From: Oceanispirochaeta sp.
GTDB taxonomy: Bacteria > Spirochaetota > Spirochaetia > DSM-2461
DNA length: 64,000 bases
Direction of reading: 5' to 3'
Assembly: GCA_963666275.2 (NCBI GenBank)
Contig: CAXXOA010000002.1
Coordinates: 1,600,001 to 1,664,000, forward strand
The notes under the pieces were generated by a model. It was not told the DNA's origin and ran no database searches. It saw nothing but the letters and a program-made list of their open reading frames with translations. The position numbers and the translations under genes were made by a program. Below are positions 1 through 9,278 of the stretch, one piece after another (within the stretch, counting starts at the first letter, position 1; each line of letters starts with the position of its first letter).

Positions 1-62
1 CAACCGGGAAAACAGAAGTCACTATCGGGATTCCCGTGAAGCCTTTGGGAAGGAGAATATAA
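1..62 (+). CDS. 3' end of an upstream CDS (partial), possibly a GyrI-like effector-binding protein
   Basis: The frame from base 3 reads TGKTEVTIGIPVKPLGRRI* and ends 3 nt before the next ATG. TEVxIxIPV resembles GyrI-like C-termini, but the match is weak. Confidence 0.3.
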   Translation, partial: TGKTEVTIGIPVKPLGRRI

Positions 63-65
63 TCT

Positions 66-839
66 ATGGCAAATTTTATGGAACTTACGGAACAGAATAT
101 ATCTTCAGAGCACATATGCTGTGCATTTTCGGATAAAAAGTGCCGGGACAGTTATGAGGAGAAGAAAAGGTGGCTTACCCGGGAATTCGCACATGGCTAT
201 AAATTCCTGCGTCTCAACGAAAGAGCCAAAGTCTTTATGGAGTACGGACCGGCGGAAAATGCCTGGCTGCCAATCCGGGCGGAGAACTGTCTGAATATCA
301 ACTGTTTCTGGGTTTCCGGAAAATATAAGGGTACCGGCCTGGGGAAGGAGCTTCTGGACAGAGTTGTTGCTGATGCCCGGGCCATGGGGCGGGCCGGCCT
401 GGTGACTGTGGCGGGGAAAAAGAAATTTCACTTTATGAGCGATGGGAAATGGCTCCGGAATCAGGGGTTTTCCGTGGTGGATGAAACGGAAAGCGGGTTT
501 CTCCTTCTTGCCAGATCCCTGGACGGCAGATCCCCGGAGGCGCACTTTCTTCCAGGGGCAAAAAAAGGGACCTGCCCGGTGACGGAGGGGCTGACCGTAT
601 ACTTTTCAAACCGCTGTCCCTATGCGGAGTATCATGTGAGAGAGTCTCTGACCGAAACGGCGGCAAAAAGGAATCTGCCCCTGCGCATTGTCAAGCTTGA
701 AACAGTGGAACAGGCTCAGGAGTCCCCGACACCTGCCACTATATTCAGTCTGTTTTACAGAGGCGTTTTCCTTACGACGGATCTGAGTGTCTGTCTGGAC
801 AGCAGATTCGAAAGGTTCCGGGAAAAAGCAGGGTTCTGA
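66..839 (+). CDS. GNAT N-acetyltransferase with C-terminal YoaP domain
   Basis: HICCA N-terminus, acetyl-CoA motif CFWVSGKYKGTGLGKELL, YoaP-like tail AQESPTPATIFSLFYRGVFLT; SD AGGAG. Confidence 0.8.
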   Translation: MANFMELTEQNISSEHICCAFSDKKCRDSYEEKKRWLTREFAHGYKFLRLNERAKVFMEYGPAENAWLPIRAENCLNINCFWVSGKYKGTGLGKELLDRVVADARAMGRAGLVTVAGKKKFHFMSDGKWLRNQGFSVVDETESGFLLLARSLDGRSPEAHFLPGAKKGTCPVTEGLTVYFSNRCPYAEYHVRESLTETAAKRNLPLRIVKLETVEQAQESPTPATIFSLFYRGVFLTTDLSVCLDSRFERFREKAGF

Positions 840-927
840 ATCCTTCCCCGTCTTCATCAACCGCCGCTTACAAATGATAGGATCTGTTTGCTTTTTGAGA
901 ACACCTGGCATATGATTTAATTATGTT

Positions 928-3600
928 ATGAGAATGCCGACGGATATGAGGACACAATTCCTTCGCGGGCTTTCATTCAGCCTGCTATTCTCTGTTATTC
1001 TCAGTAGTTTTCCCCTGGCGGGGGAAGAAAAAAAGACGATCCTTTTTCTGGATTCCTATCATCCCGGCTATCTCTGGTCGGAGGATCTGAAATCCGGTCT
1101 TTTTGATAACCTCAGCTTTGACCAACCCGATTACAATTTTTTTATAGAGTATCTGGATACCAAAAAATATGACTCGGAAACTCTTTTTCCCTTGCTGGTG
1201 AACTCCTTTGAAAAGAAGTACTCCGAACAGAGACCGGATATTCTGATCTCTTCAGATAACAACGCCTTCTCTTTTCTGAAACTCTATAGAGACCGTATCT
1301 TTCCCGGTGTTCCCGTGGTTTTCTGCGGGGTGAATAATTTTGAGGATACCATGCTGGAGGGCTTTTCCGATGCCACAGGGATTGTGGAGGAAGCCTCCTA
1401 TAGGGAAACTCTGGAACTGGCTTTGACCCTTTTCCCAGAAACAGAGAGAGTGTTCAGTGTGGCAGGAAGCTCCGAAACGGGGAAATCCAATGTGGTCGGG
1501 GTCCGCAGGGCTTTTGGAGAACTCGGCAGGGAGGATCTTGAATTTTCCGAACTCCATGATATTACCCTGGAGGAGTTTGCTTCGGAGTTTCAGAGGATTC
1601 CCGAACACAGCGTTATTATCTATTCGGGGCTGCACCGGGATTCGATAGGCAAGACCTTCGGCAGTGTCCGGGACTCTCTGGAGTTTATCCGGCAGAATAC
1701 GGATCAGCCCGTTTTTTCCATGTGGAGCCAGCACCTTCCCTTCTGCTTCGGCGGGGTTATGATCAGTGGACGATCCCAGGGACGCAGCGCTTCAGAAATT
1801 GCTCTGAGGATTCTGCAGGGTGAGAATGTGAAGGATATTCCCATTATCAGAGAGAGTCCCAACCGGCCCATGGTCAATTACGAGGAGCTGAGCAGATTCG
1901 AAATTGATCAGAAAGCCCTTCCGGAGGGAACAGTTCTTATAAACCTGCCGCCCCCTTCTCTGTACTCCCAGTATAAACAGGAGTTCTGGTTTATTCTGAT
2001 TATTTTCCTGACTCTGATTCTTCTTGTGATCACTCTTCTTTTTATGCTCTCCTACAGAGATATGGCTCTGAAAAAGAAAAGCCGGGTCTGGAACCATATC
2101 AGTGCCATATTTGATTCCATGCCTTCCTCTCTCATCGGTGTGGATCTCTCTCTGCGGATTTCCCAGTGGAATACCTCTGCAGAAAAGCGGTCGGGAATCC
2201 CGAAAGAGAAGGCTGTGGGCAAGCCTCTGGAGGAGTTCTACAGCTCTTTCCCCTGCAACTTTGATCAGGTCCGCCGTGCGGTCCTTTCTCAGAAATCTTT
2301 TATGGAAAGGAACATCAGGGTTGAAAAAGAAGATGGGGATATTTATGAAGATATTACGGTGTTTCCCCTGGTATCAGACGAGGTAACAGGAGCTGTCATC
2401 CGTATTGATGATGTGAGTGAACGGATGAGGCTGGATGAACTGGAACTGCAGAGTAAGAATCTTCAGGACCAGCTGATTCAGTCCCAGAAGATGGATTCCA
2501 TCGGAAGGCTGGCAGGCGGTGTCTCCCATGATCTGAATAATCTGCTGGTGCCTATCATCGGGTATTCCGAAATCCTTCTGAATGATGAAAACCTGACCCG
2601 TCGCCAGAAGGATGTTCTCGGAGAGGTGCTGAAGGCTGGAATCCGTTCCCAGGATTTGATTCGCCAGCTTCTGGCATTCAGCCGTAAACAGGTTCTTGAA
2701 GTGAAACAGCTGGATCTTAACGGAGTCATCCGGGACTTCGGAAAACTCCTTCGCAGGACAATCAAGGAAAACATAACCATACACTATAACCTCAGCGACA
2801 GACCTCTTCATATTATGGCCGACAGAGGGCAGATAGAGCAGGTTCTGATGAATCTTGTCGTCAACGCCGCAGATGCTCTTCCCGAGGGCGGTTCTATTGA
2901 AATCCGGACAGCCCTTCTGATGAACACTCCTCAGAGCAGCGAGGGAGACCGTTCTGTTCTTCTGGCCATTCACGACAACGGGGCCGGTATGGATGAGCTT
3001 GTGACCTCAAAGATTTTTGAACCTTTCTTTTCAACCAAGGGAAGTGCGGGAACCGGACTGGGACTGGCCACGGTCCACGGCATCATCCGTCAGCACAACG
3101 GGGATATCAATGTGGACAGCGCCCCCGGTAAGGGAACCACATTCAATATATATCTGCCATTCAGAGAGAAGGATCTGAAGAAATCAGAACCGATCAGCTA
3201 TGAAGTCCATGAAGAAAGATTCATTAAGGGAAGCGAAACCATTCTGGTGGTTGAAGATAATCCCCAGGTGCTGAGTCTGTCCCGGGAAGTCCTGGAAAAG
3301 AACGGCTATAAAGTCATAACCGCTTCAAGCAGCAGCCTGGCTCTTCCTGTTATCGAAGAGAATGATCTGGATCTGCTCCTCACGGATATTGTCATGCCTG
3401 AAATCAACGGAAAAGAGCTCTATTCCCAGGCCTGCCGGAAAAAACCGGAGCTGAAGGTTCTGTATATGTCGGGGTACAATGATAAGATTATTACCCATAT
3501 AGAGGGGGAGGAGTTCGATATCCCCTTTATACAGAAACCCTTTACGGAAAAACAGCTCCTGCAGAAAATCAGATACGCTCTGGAACAGGATCCATCCTGA
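928..3600 (+). CDS. Hybrid sensor histidine kinase (periplasmic binding-protein-like sensor, PAS, HisKA, HATPase, REC)
   Basis: H-box GRLAGGVSHDLNNLL, G-boxes DNGAGM and GTGLGL, C-terminal receiver (VEDN, LLTDIVMP, KPF). Confidence 0.9.
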   Translation: MRMPTDMRTQFLRGLSFSLLFSVILSSFPLAGEEKKTILFLDSYHPGYLWSEDLKSGLFDNLSFDQPDYNFFIEYLDTKKYDSETLFPLLVNSFEKKYSEQRPDILISSDNNAFSFLKLYRDRIFPGVPVVFCGVNNFEDTMLEGFSDATGIVEEASYRETLELALTLFPETERVFSVAGSSETGKSNVVGVRRAFGELGREDLEFSELHDITLEEFASEFQRIPEHSVIIYSGLHRDSIGKTFGSVRDSLEFIRQNTDQPVFSMWSQHLPFCFGGVMISGRSQGRSASEIALRILQGENVKDIPIIRESPNRPMVNYEELSRFEIDQKALPEGTVLINLPPPSLYSQYKQEFWFILIIFLTLILLVITLLFMLSYRDMALKKKSRVWNHISAIFDSMPSSLIGVDLSLRISQWNTSAEKRSGIPKEKAVGKPLEEFYSSFPCNFDQVRRAVLSQKSFMERNIRVEKEDGDIYEDITVFPLVSDEVTGAVIRIDDVSERMRLDELELQSKNLQDQLIQSQKMDSIGRLAGGVSHDLNNLLVPIIGYSEILLNDENLTRRQKDVLGEVLKAGIRSQDLIRQLLAFSRKQVLEVKQLDLNGVIRDFGKLLRRTIKENITIHYNLSDRPLHIMADRGQIEQVLMNLVVNAADALPEGGSIEIRTALLMNTPQSSEGDRSVLLAIHDNGAGMDELVTSKIFEPFFSTKGSAGTGLGLATVHGIIRQHNGDINVDSAPGKGTTFNIYLPFREKDLKKSEPISYEVHEERFIKGSETILVVEDNPQVLSLSREVLEKNGYKVITASSSSLALPVIEENDLDLLLTDIVMPEINGKELYSQACRKKPELKVLYMSGYNDKIITHIEGEEFDIPFIQKPFTEKQLLQKIRYALEQDPS

Positions 3601-3993
3601 TCAGAACTGGCTTATCCATTTTTCCGCCTCTTCCGGGGAGGAGAATGAGGCCATGATTACCCCGTAGTCAAGGAAGGCTTTTCGATAATTCCTCTGATTC
3701 AGTTTACTGCTGAAGTCTTCGGGTTCCACAATGGCCCAGTACTTCCAGCCCGACTGAAGGGCAAAGGGAAGCCAGGTTTCATCGATCCAATCCGCGGCTT
3801 CTTCGCAGATCCTGCCGTTTTTCCTGTTATCAGATATCCACTTGCATATTTTTTTATCAGCCAGATAGGCCGTTCCTGTGAGAAGGAGTTCCTGCCATTC
3901 GGCAAAAGAGTTATTCCTTTTCAGTATATGCCGCATGGACTGGAGCTCTTCCAGGTATTCCAGAATATATCCGTCTGTTTCTTTAAGAATCAC
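3601..3993 (-). CDS. Small STAS/SEC14 (SpoIIAA-like) domain protein
   Basis: 130 aa; WISDNR, WAIV and terminal FSSPEEAEKWI typical of this family; GTG start. Confidence 0.55.
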   Translation of the reverse strand: MILKETDGYILEYLEELQSMRHILKRNNSFAEWQELLLTGTAYLADKKICKWISDNRKNGRICEEAADWIDETWLPFALQSGWKYWAIVEPEDFSSKLNQRNYRKAFLDYGVIMASFSSPEEAEKWISQF

Positions 3994-4044
3994 AAAGGCA
4001 TCTTACCGGATTTTTCCAATCTTCATCAATACAGACAAAATATT

Positions 4045-5907
4045 TCAAAATATTCTTTTCCTTTCCAGCAGTATCAGTTGGTCTCTCAGTGTTTCCATCG
4101 TATCTTCCCCGAGCCATAGGCTTTCAAAATCCTGATGCCTGAAAATATGGACCAGACCGGAAAGAATCTTCAGGTGATCCCTTTCTCTTTTATCAGAGCC
4201 TATCAGTATGACAAGGGCCTTTATATTCTGATGATCTTCATCAAAATAGAGTCCTTCCCGGCAGCGGATAAGGCATAGCCAGATCTTTTCTGTATGGGGG
4301 AGAAGAATATGGGGAACCGATATGAAGTTGTTGAGAGCCGTGCTTGCTTCCTGTTCCCTTCTCTCCAGGAGGGAACTCAACTCTTCGGATGTCAGGCCTG
4401 TCTCGGCGGCTAACAGGCTGCCGGCCATCTGAAAAATACCATGGACAGTCTCTTTATGATTCACATCCAGGGTCAGAGCCTTTTTCAGCAGATCATCTGT
4501 CAGATCCTGAGCAAGGTCATCCCGGGTCCGTATTATATCTCTCAGTTCCTCTTCCAGACCTTCTGTCCTGAATTTCCTGTTGACAATATTCCTTATCAGA
4601 TGGAGGGCCGCGTATTCATAGCTGCTTTTTTTTCTGCCGTAAAGCAGATAGAGCAGCAGACCTGTACTTCCGAAGAGGAGCAGGATTTCAAGACTGCTGA
4701 TGCCCATCTCTATCAGAAAATAACCCATAAGCATCAGGGCCAGAACAGGTACCAGGGGATATTTTCGGATCCTGTAAAGAGGCTGGTAGTTTCTTACCCG
4801 GCTCTCCCGCAGAATGATCATAGACAGGTTTGTGGCAATGTAGGTGATCAGAATAACCGTTGATGCTGTTTTGACAAGGGACTCCAGGGGCAGGAGGACC
4901 GCAATCATAATGCCCGCTCCGGTCAGAAGAATAGCCGTAACCGGAGTCCCTTTTCTGTTGCAGCGGCTGATGGATTCGGGAAGCAGATGGTCCCGGGAAA
5001 GGGCCAGGGGATACCGGCTGGCCGCCATGATCCCTGCGTTCCCTGTGGTAATGAAGGCCAGAGCGGAGGCTATCACAATGACCATCTGACCGGTTTTCCC
5101 TGCCATGAGAAAAGCGCTGTCCGCTATGGGAGTCAGAGAGCCTGCAAACTCCTCCTGAGGCAGCAGGCCTGTTGTAATCAGAACCATGGCGCCGTAAAGC
5201 AGGGTGATGACCACAACAGAGAGCAGCATGGCCCTGGGAATAGATTTCCCGGGATGCCTCACTTCCTCTGCCATGGTGGTTACATTCAGAAGGCCTCCGT
5301 AACTGACAAAGACAAAAGCCGAAGTGCTGAAAAAGAGCCTCAACCGGTCGAAGCTTCCGCTGTCAGAGAACAGCGATTCTGAAGGGGAGAATGCCAGATC
5401 TCTGTTCCAGTTTCCCATACCGAGAATAACATAGAGAACCATAATCCCGAGGAGTATAAAGACAAGGATCACTTCCAGTGTTATGGCTTCCCCGGTGCCT
5501 GCCAGGTTCAGGAGAACAAAGAACAGGGTCAGCCCTATGGCCAGAATCTGCAGGGGGATCCCGAAAAAAAGGAAGCCCAGTTCGGCCAGGCCGAAAACGG
5601 CAAAGGCGGTTTTAAGCATCAGTGCCAGCCAGCTTAAAAGTCCCATCACCGTTCCGACTCCCGGTCCCAGGGTGCGGGTTATGTAGAAATAGTCTCCTCC
5701 CGCCTTGGGCATGGCCGTAGCCAGTTCAATGAGAGAGAGACTGGAAAGAAAAGCGACCCCTCCCGCAAGGAGGTAGCATAAGAAGACAACAGGACCGATT
5801 TTTGCGAAGGCTAAACCGGGGAGTATGAATATACCGCTGGAAATCATCGTACCGCTGGCAAGGGCGAAAAGAGCGGCGGATCCAATCTTTTTCTCATGGT
5901 TTTCCAT
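4045..5907 (-). CDS. APC-family amino acid permease fused to a C-terminal PTS EIIA-type domain
   Basis: GTMISSGIF, ELATAMPKAGGDY, AEEVRHP, about 12 TM segments; C-terminal REQEASTALNNFISVPH EIIA motif. Confidence 0.85.
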   Translation of the reverse strand: MENHEKKIGSAALFALASGTMISSGIFILPGLAFAKIGPVVFLCYLLAGGVAFLSSLSLIELATAMPKAGGDYFYITRTLGPGVGTVMGLLSWLALMLKTAFAVFGLAELGFLFFGIPLQILAIGLTLFFVLLNLAGTGEAITLEVILVFILLGIMVLYVILGMGNWNRDLAFSPSESLFSDSGSFDRLRLFFSTSAFVFVSYGGLLNVTTMAEEVRHPGKSIPRAMLLSVVVITLLYGAMVLITTGLLPQEEFAGSLTPIADSAFLMAGKTGQMVIVIASALAFITTGNAGIMAASRYPLALSRDHLLPESISRCNRKGTPVTAILLTGAGIMIAVLLPLESLVKTASTVILITYIATNLSMIILRESRVRNYQPLYRIRKYPLVPVLALMLMGYFLIEMGISSLEILLLFGSTGLLLYLLYGRKKSSYEYAALHLIRNIVNRKFRTEGLEEELRDIIRTRDDLAQDLTDDLLKKALTLDVNHKETVHGIFQMAGSLLAAETGLTSEELSSLLERREQEASTALNNFISVPHILLPHTEKIWLCLIRCREGLYFDEDHQNIKALVILIGSDKRERDHLKILSGLVHIFRHQDFESLWLGEDTMETLRDQLILLERKRIF

Positions 5908-5968
5908 AAAACCTCCTGTTGCGAGACCCCTTCGAAGGAATATTCCTGTTTTTTAAATATAAGCTATT

Positions 5969-7033
5969 TCAGAACCATTTTTTCCTTTTAAAAATGAAAA
6001 TCATAACGCCCGCGGACACCAGAAGCAGTGCCCAGAGAAAAAGGTATCCGTACCGTAGGGTCAGCTCGGGAATATAGGCAAAGTTGGTACCGTAGATTCC
6101 TGTGATCAGAGTGAGGGGCAGAAATATAACGGAAAAAATCGTAAGGAATTTCATGATTTCATTGAGTCTGTTATTGATCGTGCTGTTGTAGGAGTTCAGC
6201 TGTTCCGTGCAGATCTCTTTGTAGATATCTATGGTTTCGGTCACCTGCATGATATTGGAAAGGAGATCGTTGAAGTAGGGCCTGTAGGCCTGGGCCACAA
6301 GAGGATTCCCCTCTTTCAGGAAATTTTTGATGGCATCCCGGGCAGGCCGGATAACCTTGCCCAGGTACATGAGTTCCCGTTTCCGGGAAAGGATCATCTC
6401 CAGAGTCTCTTCGTCCGGGTCCGACAGAAGATCCTCTTCCAGAGATTCGATTTTCTCGGCCAGTATCTGCATGATCTCAATGTAGTTATCTACCACGCAG
6501 TCTATGAGGGAGTAGGCCAGGAAACTGGCATCTTCCCTGCGGATCCTTCCAATAGACTCGGCCAGACGTTTTCTGACAGGGTCAAAAACATCCCCCGGCT
6601 GTTCCTGAAAAGTCAGGACCGTATCGTCTATTTTGAGCAGACTCAGCTGTTCCGAGATGATCATCTCCTTCTCTTCATCAAAGCGGAGCATCTTGAGAAT
6701 CAGAAAGTATCCGTTTTCTATTTCTTCCAGTTTGGGCCTCATGGTGGTGTTGACGATATCCGCAGCTGTCAGCTGATGAAGGCCGAAAATTTCCTCAAGG
6801 TTCTGTATCAGGGACATGTCCCCCAGGCCGTTGATATTAATCCATCGATGCAGATCAGAGATCGTATTTCTCTCTTTTCCGATCAGCTGAGCCCCCGATT
6901 CCTCCCGGAGGATCTCTGTGTCAAAAAGGATTTCATGGATATCCGTCTCCTTAACCCGGGACGGACCGATGTAGACTTTCTCTCCGGGACGCTGTCGTAA
7001 AAGGTCCGACTGTTTTCTGAAAAAACGGGCCAT
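5969..7033 (-). CDS. corA: Magnesium/cobalt transporter CorA
   Basis: WININGL, RPKLEE, two C-terminal TM helices with YGTNF (variant of the GMN motif) and IPEL. Confidence 0.9.
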   Translation of the reverse strand: MARFFRKQSDLLRQRPGEKVYIGPSRVKETDIHEILFDTEILREESGAQLIGKERNTISDLHRWININGLGDMSLIQNLEEIFGLHQLTAADIVNTTMRPKLEEIENGYFLILKMLRFDEEKEMIISEQLSLLKIDDTVLTFQEQPGDVFDPVRKRLAESIGRIRREDASFLAYSLIDCVVDNYIEIMQILAEKIESLEEDLLSDPDEETLEMILSRKRELMYLGKVIRPARDAIKNFLKEGNPLVAQAYRPYFNDLLSNIMQVTETIDIYKEICTEQLNSYNSTINNRLNEIMKFLTIFSVIFLPLTLITGIYGTNFAYIPELTLRYGYLFLWALLLVSAGVMIFIFKRKKWF

Positions 7034-7125
7034 CAGCTCCTCCTTAAGATTTCTGGAATAATACCGTTATATCCAGTATAATAGAAAAATTAAAAACATG
7101 AGTCGATACTGGATTGGATATCTTT

Positions 7126-7866
7126 ATGAGTAAACATTTGATTCCCTGGGGCAAGCTGGTTTTTCAGGATGAAACCCGGATCACCCTCCCTTTTTCCCGG
7201 GAGCTTTTCATCAGGCGTATGGGAAATGAAACCCATCTTCATCTTGAAAAAGAGGGAGAGGACGAGGTTTTCCGATTTATAACAGGACAGGATGCCTCAC
7301 TCTATCTGGAACCGGGACTCCCGGATCTGCCTATGGTGATAAAGCCTTCGATAAGCCTGGCCATCCTTCCGGGGAAAAAACTGGAAACCCTTGTGGAAGT
7401 GCCTGTTATTGTCAAAGTCATGGCCGGGACGGAAAAAAAGAAAGATCAGCTCATAGAGTTTCCCGTGAAGGATCTTTCCAGGAGTTTTTTCGGAAACCCC
7501 GATTCGGGAGAGATCGCCTATTTTCTGGAAAGCCCCCTTCTGAACAGGGTGGATGAGTACGAACAGATTGATTCCAGCGTCTACTGTCCCATGACAATCT
7601 CCAACAGATCCGATCAGAATCTGGATTTTGACAGGATGATTTTCAGGGTTCCCTATCTGAGCCTCTATTACGGAGAAAAGACCCTTTACAGTACCCCCGC
7701 TGTGATCACTTTCCGCGGGCAGGACCAGATTAGCCAGGTGTCCTTCAAAAAAAATCCCCCCCAGTACGAGCCGGATATGAAACTGGCTTCGTCTCCCCGG
7801 ATTTCCGAGGAGAAGGGACTCCTGAAGAGGAGTTTCTACTTTATTAAAACTCTCTATAACGGATAA
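7126..7866 (+). CDS. Conserved hypothetical protein, DUF432-like
   Basis: LEPGLPDLPMVIKP and LSRSFFGNPDSGEIAY; directly upstream of mscS; ATG 7126 preferred over TTG 7114. Confidence 0.6.
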   Translation: MSKHLIPWGKLVFQDETRITLPFSRELFIRRMGNETHLHLEKEGEDEVFRFITGQDASLYLEPGLPDLPMVIKPSISLAILPGKKLETLVEVPVIVKVMAGTEKKKDQLIEFPVKDLSRSFFGNPDSGEIAYFLESPLLNRVDEYEQIDSSVYCPMTISNRSDQNLDFDRMIFRVPYLSLYYGEKTLYSTPAVITFRGQDQISQVSFKKNPPQYEPDMKLASSPRISEEKGLLKRSFYFIKTLYNG

Positions 7867-7870
7867 CACT

Positions 7871-8707
7871 ATGGAAAAAACATCCTTGTCGGCCATAACC
7901 GACAGTCTGACTGAAATTCGCTACGATCTGATACTGCATGTCCTGATCCTCCTGGCCGGGGGGATTATCATACTCAGAGTTCTCAGACTGATCCTGAAGA
8001 AAACTCTGTTGAAAAAGAGCAATCAGCAGAATGAGATGCTGGTTCTGAAGCTCTTCAATTTTATTGGATTTTCGATCCTTCTGATTGTGGTTCTCTCGGA
8101 AATGGGAATACAGCTTGCCACCCTGCTGGGAGCTGCGGGAGTTATGGGTATCGCCCTTGGTGTGGCCTCCCAGAAGAGTCTGGGAAATATTATCAGCGGA
8201 TTTTTTATGGTCACCGAGAAAAGCTTCGAAATAGGCGATGTTATTACAGTAGGCACAAAAACAGGTGTTGTTCACTCGGTGGAGCTCCTTTCCATTATGC
8301 TCAAGACTTTTGATAATCTTCTGATCCGGATTCCCCACGAGACCCTGATTTCCACAGAGGTTGTCAACATTACAAGATTTCCCATCAGAAGGATGGATCT
8401 GTTTTTTACAGTTTCATACAAAGAAGACCTGAATCAGGTTATGGAGATTCTCAAAGAGACAGGAAAAAACAATATTCTCTGTCTGGATGAACCGAATCCT
8501 TTTATTTTAATCAAGGAATTCGGAGAATCGGGGATCGATTTTCAATTCGGTATCTGGTTTGAGAAGAGCGATTATGTGGCTGCCAGAAACTCGGTGCTTA
8601 CGGATCTGCTGGAGAATTTCCGGGAGGCGGGGATTACCATTCCCTATCCCCATATTACAATTTCTCCGGATTCCCGCCTGTCTATGGCTGATGTGACAGA
8701 AAAATGA
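7871..8707 (+). CDS. Small-conductance mechanosensitive channel, MscS family
   Basis: GIALGVASQKSLGNIISG, FEIGDVI, RIPHETL, GITIPYPH. Confidence 0.9.
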   Translation: MEKTSLSAITDSLTEIRYDLILHVLILLAGGIIILRVLRLILKKTLLKKSNQQNEMLVLKLFNFIGFSILLIVVLSEMGIQLATLLGAAGVMGIALGVASQKSLGNIISGFFMVTEKSFEIGDVITVGTKTGVVHSVELLSIMLKTFDNLLIRIPHETLISTEVVNITRFPIRRMDLFFTVSYKEDLNQVMEILKETGKNNILCLDEPNPFILIKEFGESGIDFQFGIWFEKSDYVAARNSVLTDLLENFREAGITIPYPHITISPDSRLSMADVTEK

Positions 8708-9264
8708 AAGAGCTGAAAATCCATAAGTTCTACAGAGTCGAAGGGGATCTGGTATCCATCGATATCAATATCCATCTCTACAGGGAAGTGTTCAATACCT
8801 GGGACTTTTCACCTCTTCTGAACAGGGATCTGGATGATGACCTGTTTGAATACCTGGAGGAGTGTGCCGCGGAGATCCCCCGGAAGTACCGGACTCAGAT
8901 TGTATTTCACCTTCCTGAAGATATCAGAGATCAGGAAAAAGAGAACACCCATACCCGTAGTGTCAGGAATTTTATCGAATATAAAATCAGGAAACTGCAG
9001 ATCAGTAAGCGGTCCCTCTATCTGAATACACTGAAATACACCCTGATCGGAGTCCTCTTCATCAGTCTGGGGTTTTTCCTCCAGGACAAACTTCCCTTCC
9101 GCAATGCTGTGACGGATATCCTCAAAGAGGGGTTCTTCATTGGAGGTTGGGTTCTGTTCTGGGAGCTTTTTGAGACTATCTTTTTCCGGAAGGAGGATAT
9201 GGGGAAGGCAATGACCGCCCTGAAACGTCTGAAAAAAGCTCCTATTGTCTTTAACTATACCTGA
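8704..9264 (+). CDS. Hypothetical membrane protein with two C-terminal TM helices
   Basis: WDFSPLLNRDLDDDL motif; GFFIGGWVLFWE; ATGA overlap with mscS. Confidence 0.7.
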   Translation: MKELKIHKFYRVEGDLVSIDINIHLYREVFNTWDFSPLLNRDLDDDLFEYLEECAAEIPRKYRTQIVFHLPEDIRDQEKENTHTRSVRNFIEYKIRKLQISKRSLYLNTLKYTLIGVLFISLGFFLQDKLPFRNAVTDILKEGFFIGGWVLFWELFETIFFRKEDMGKAMTALKRLKKAPIVFNYT

Positions 9265-9278
9265 TCTGAAGGTTCTTT

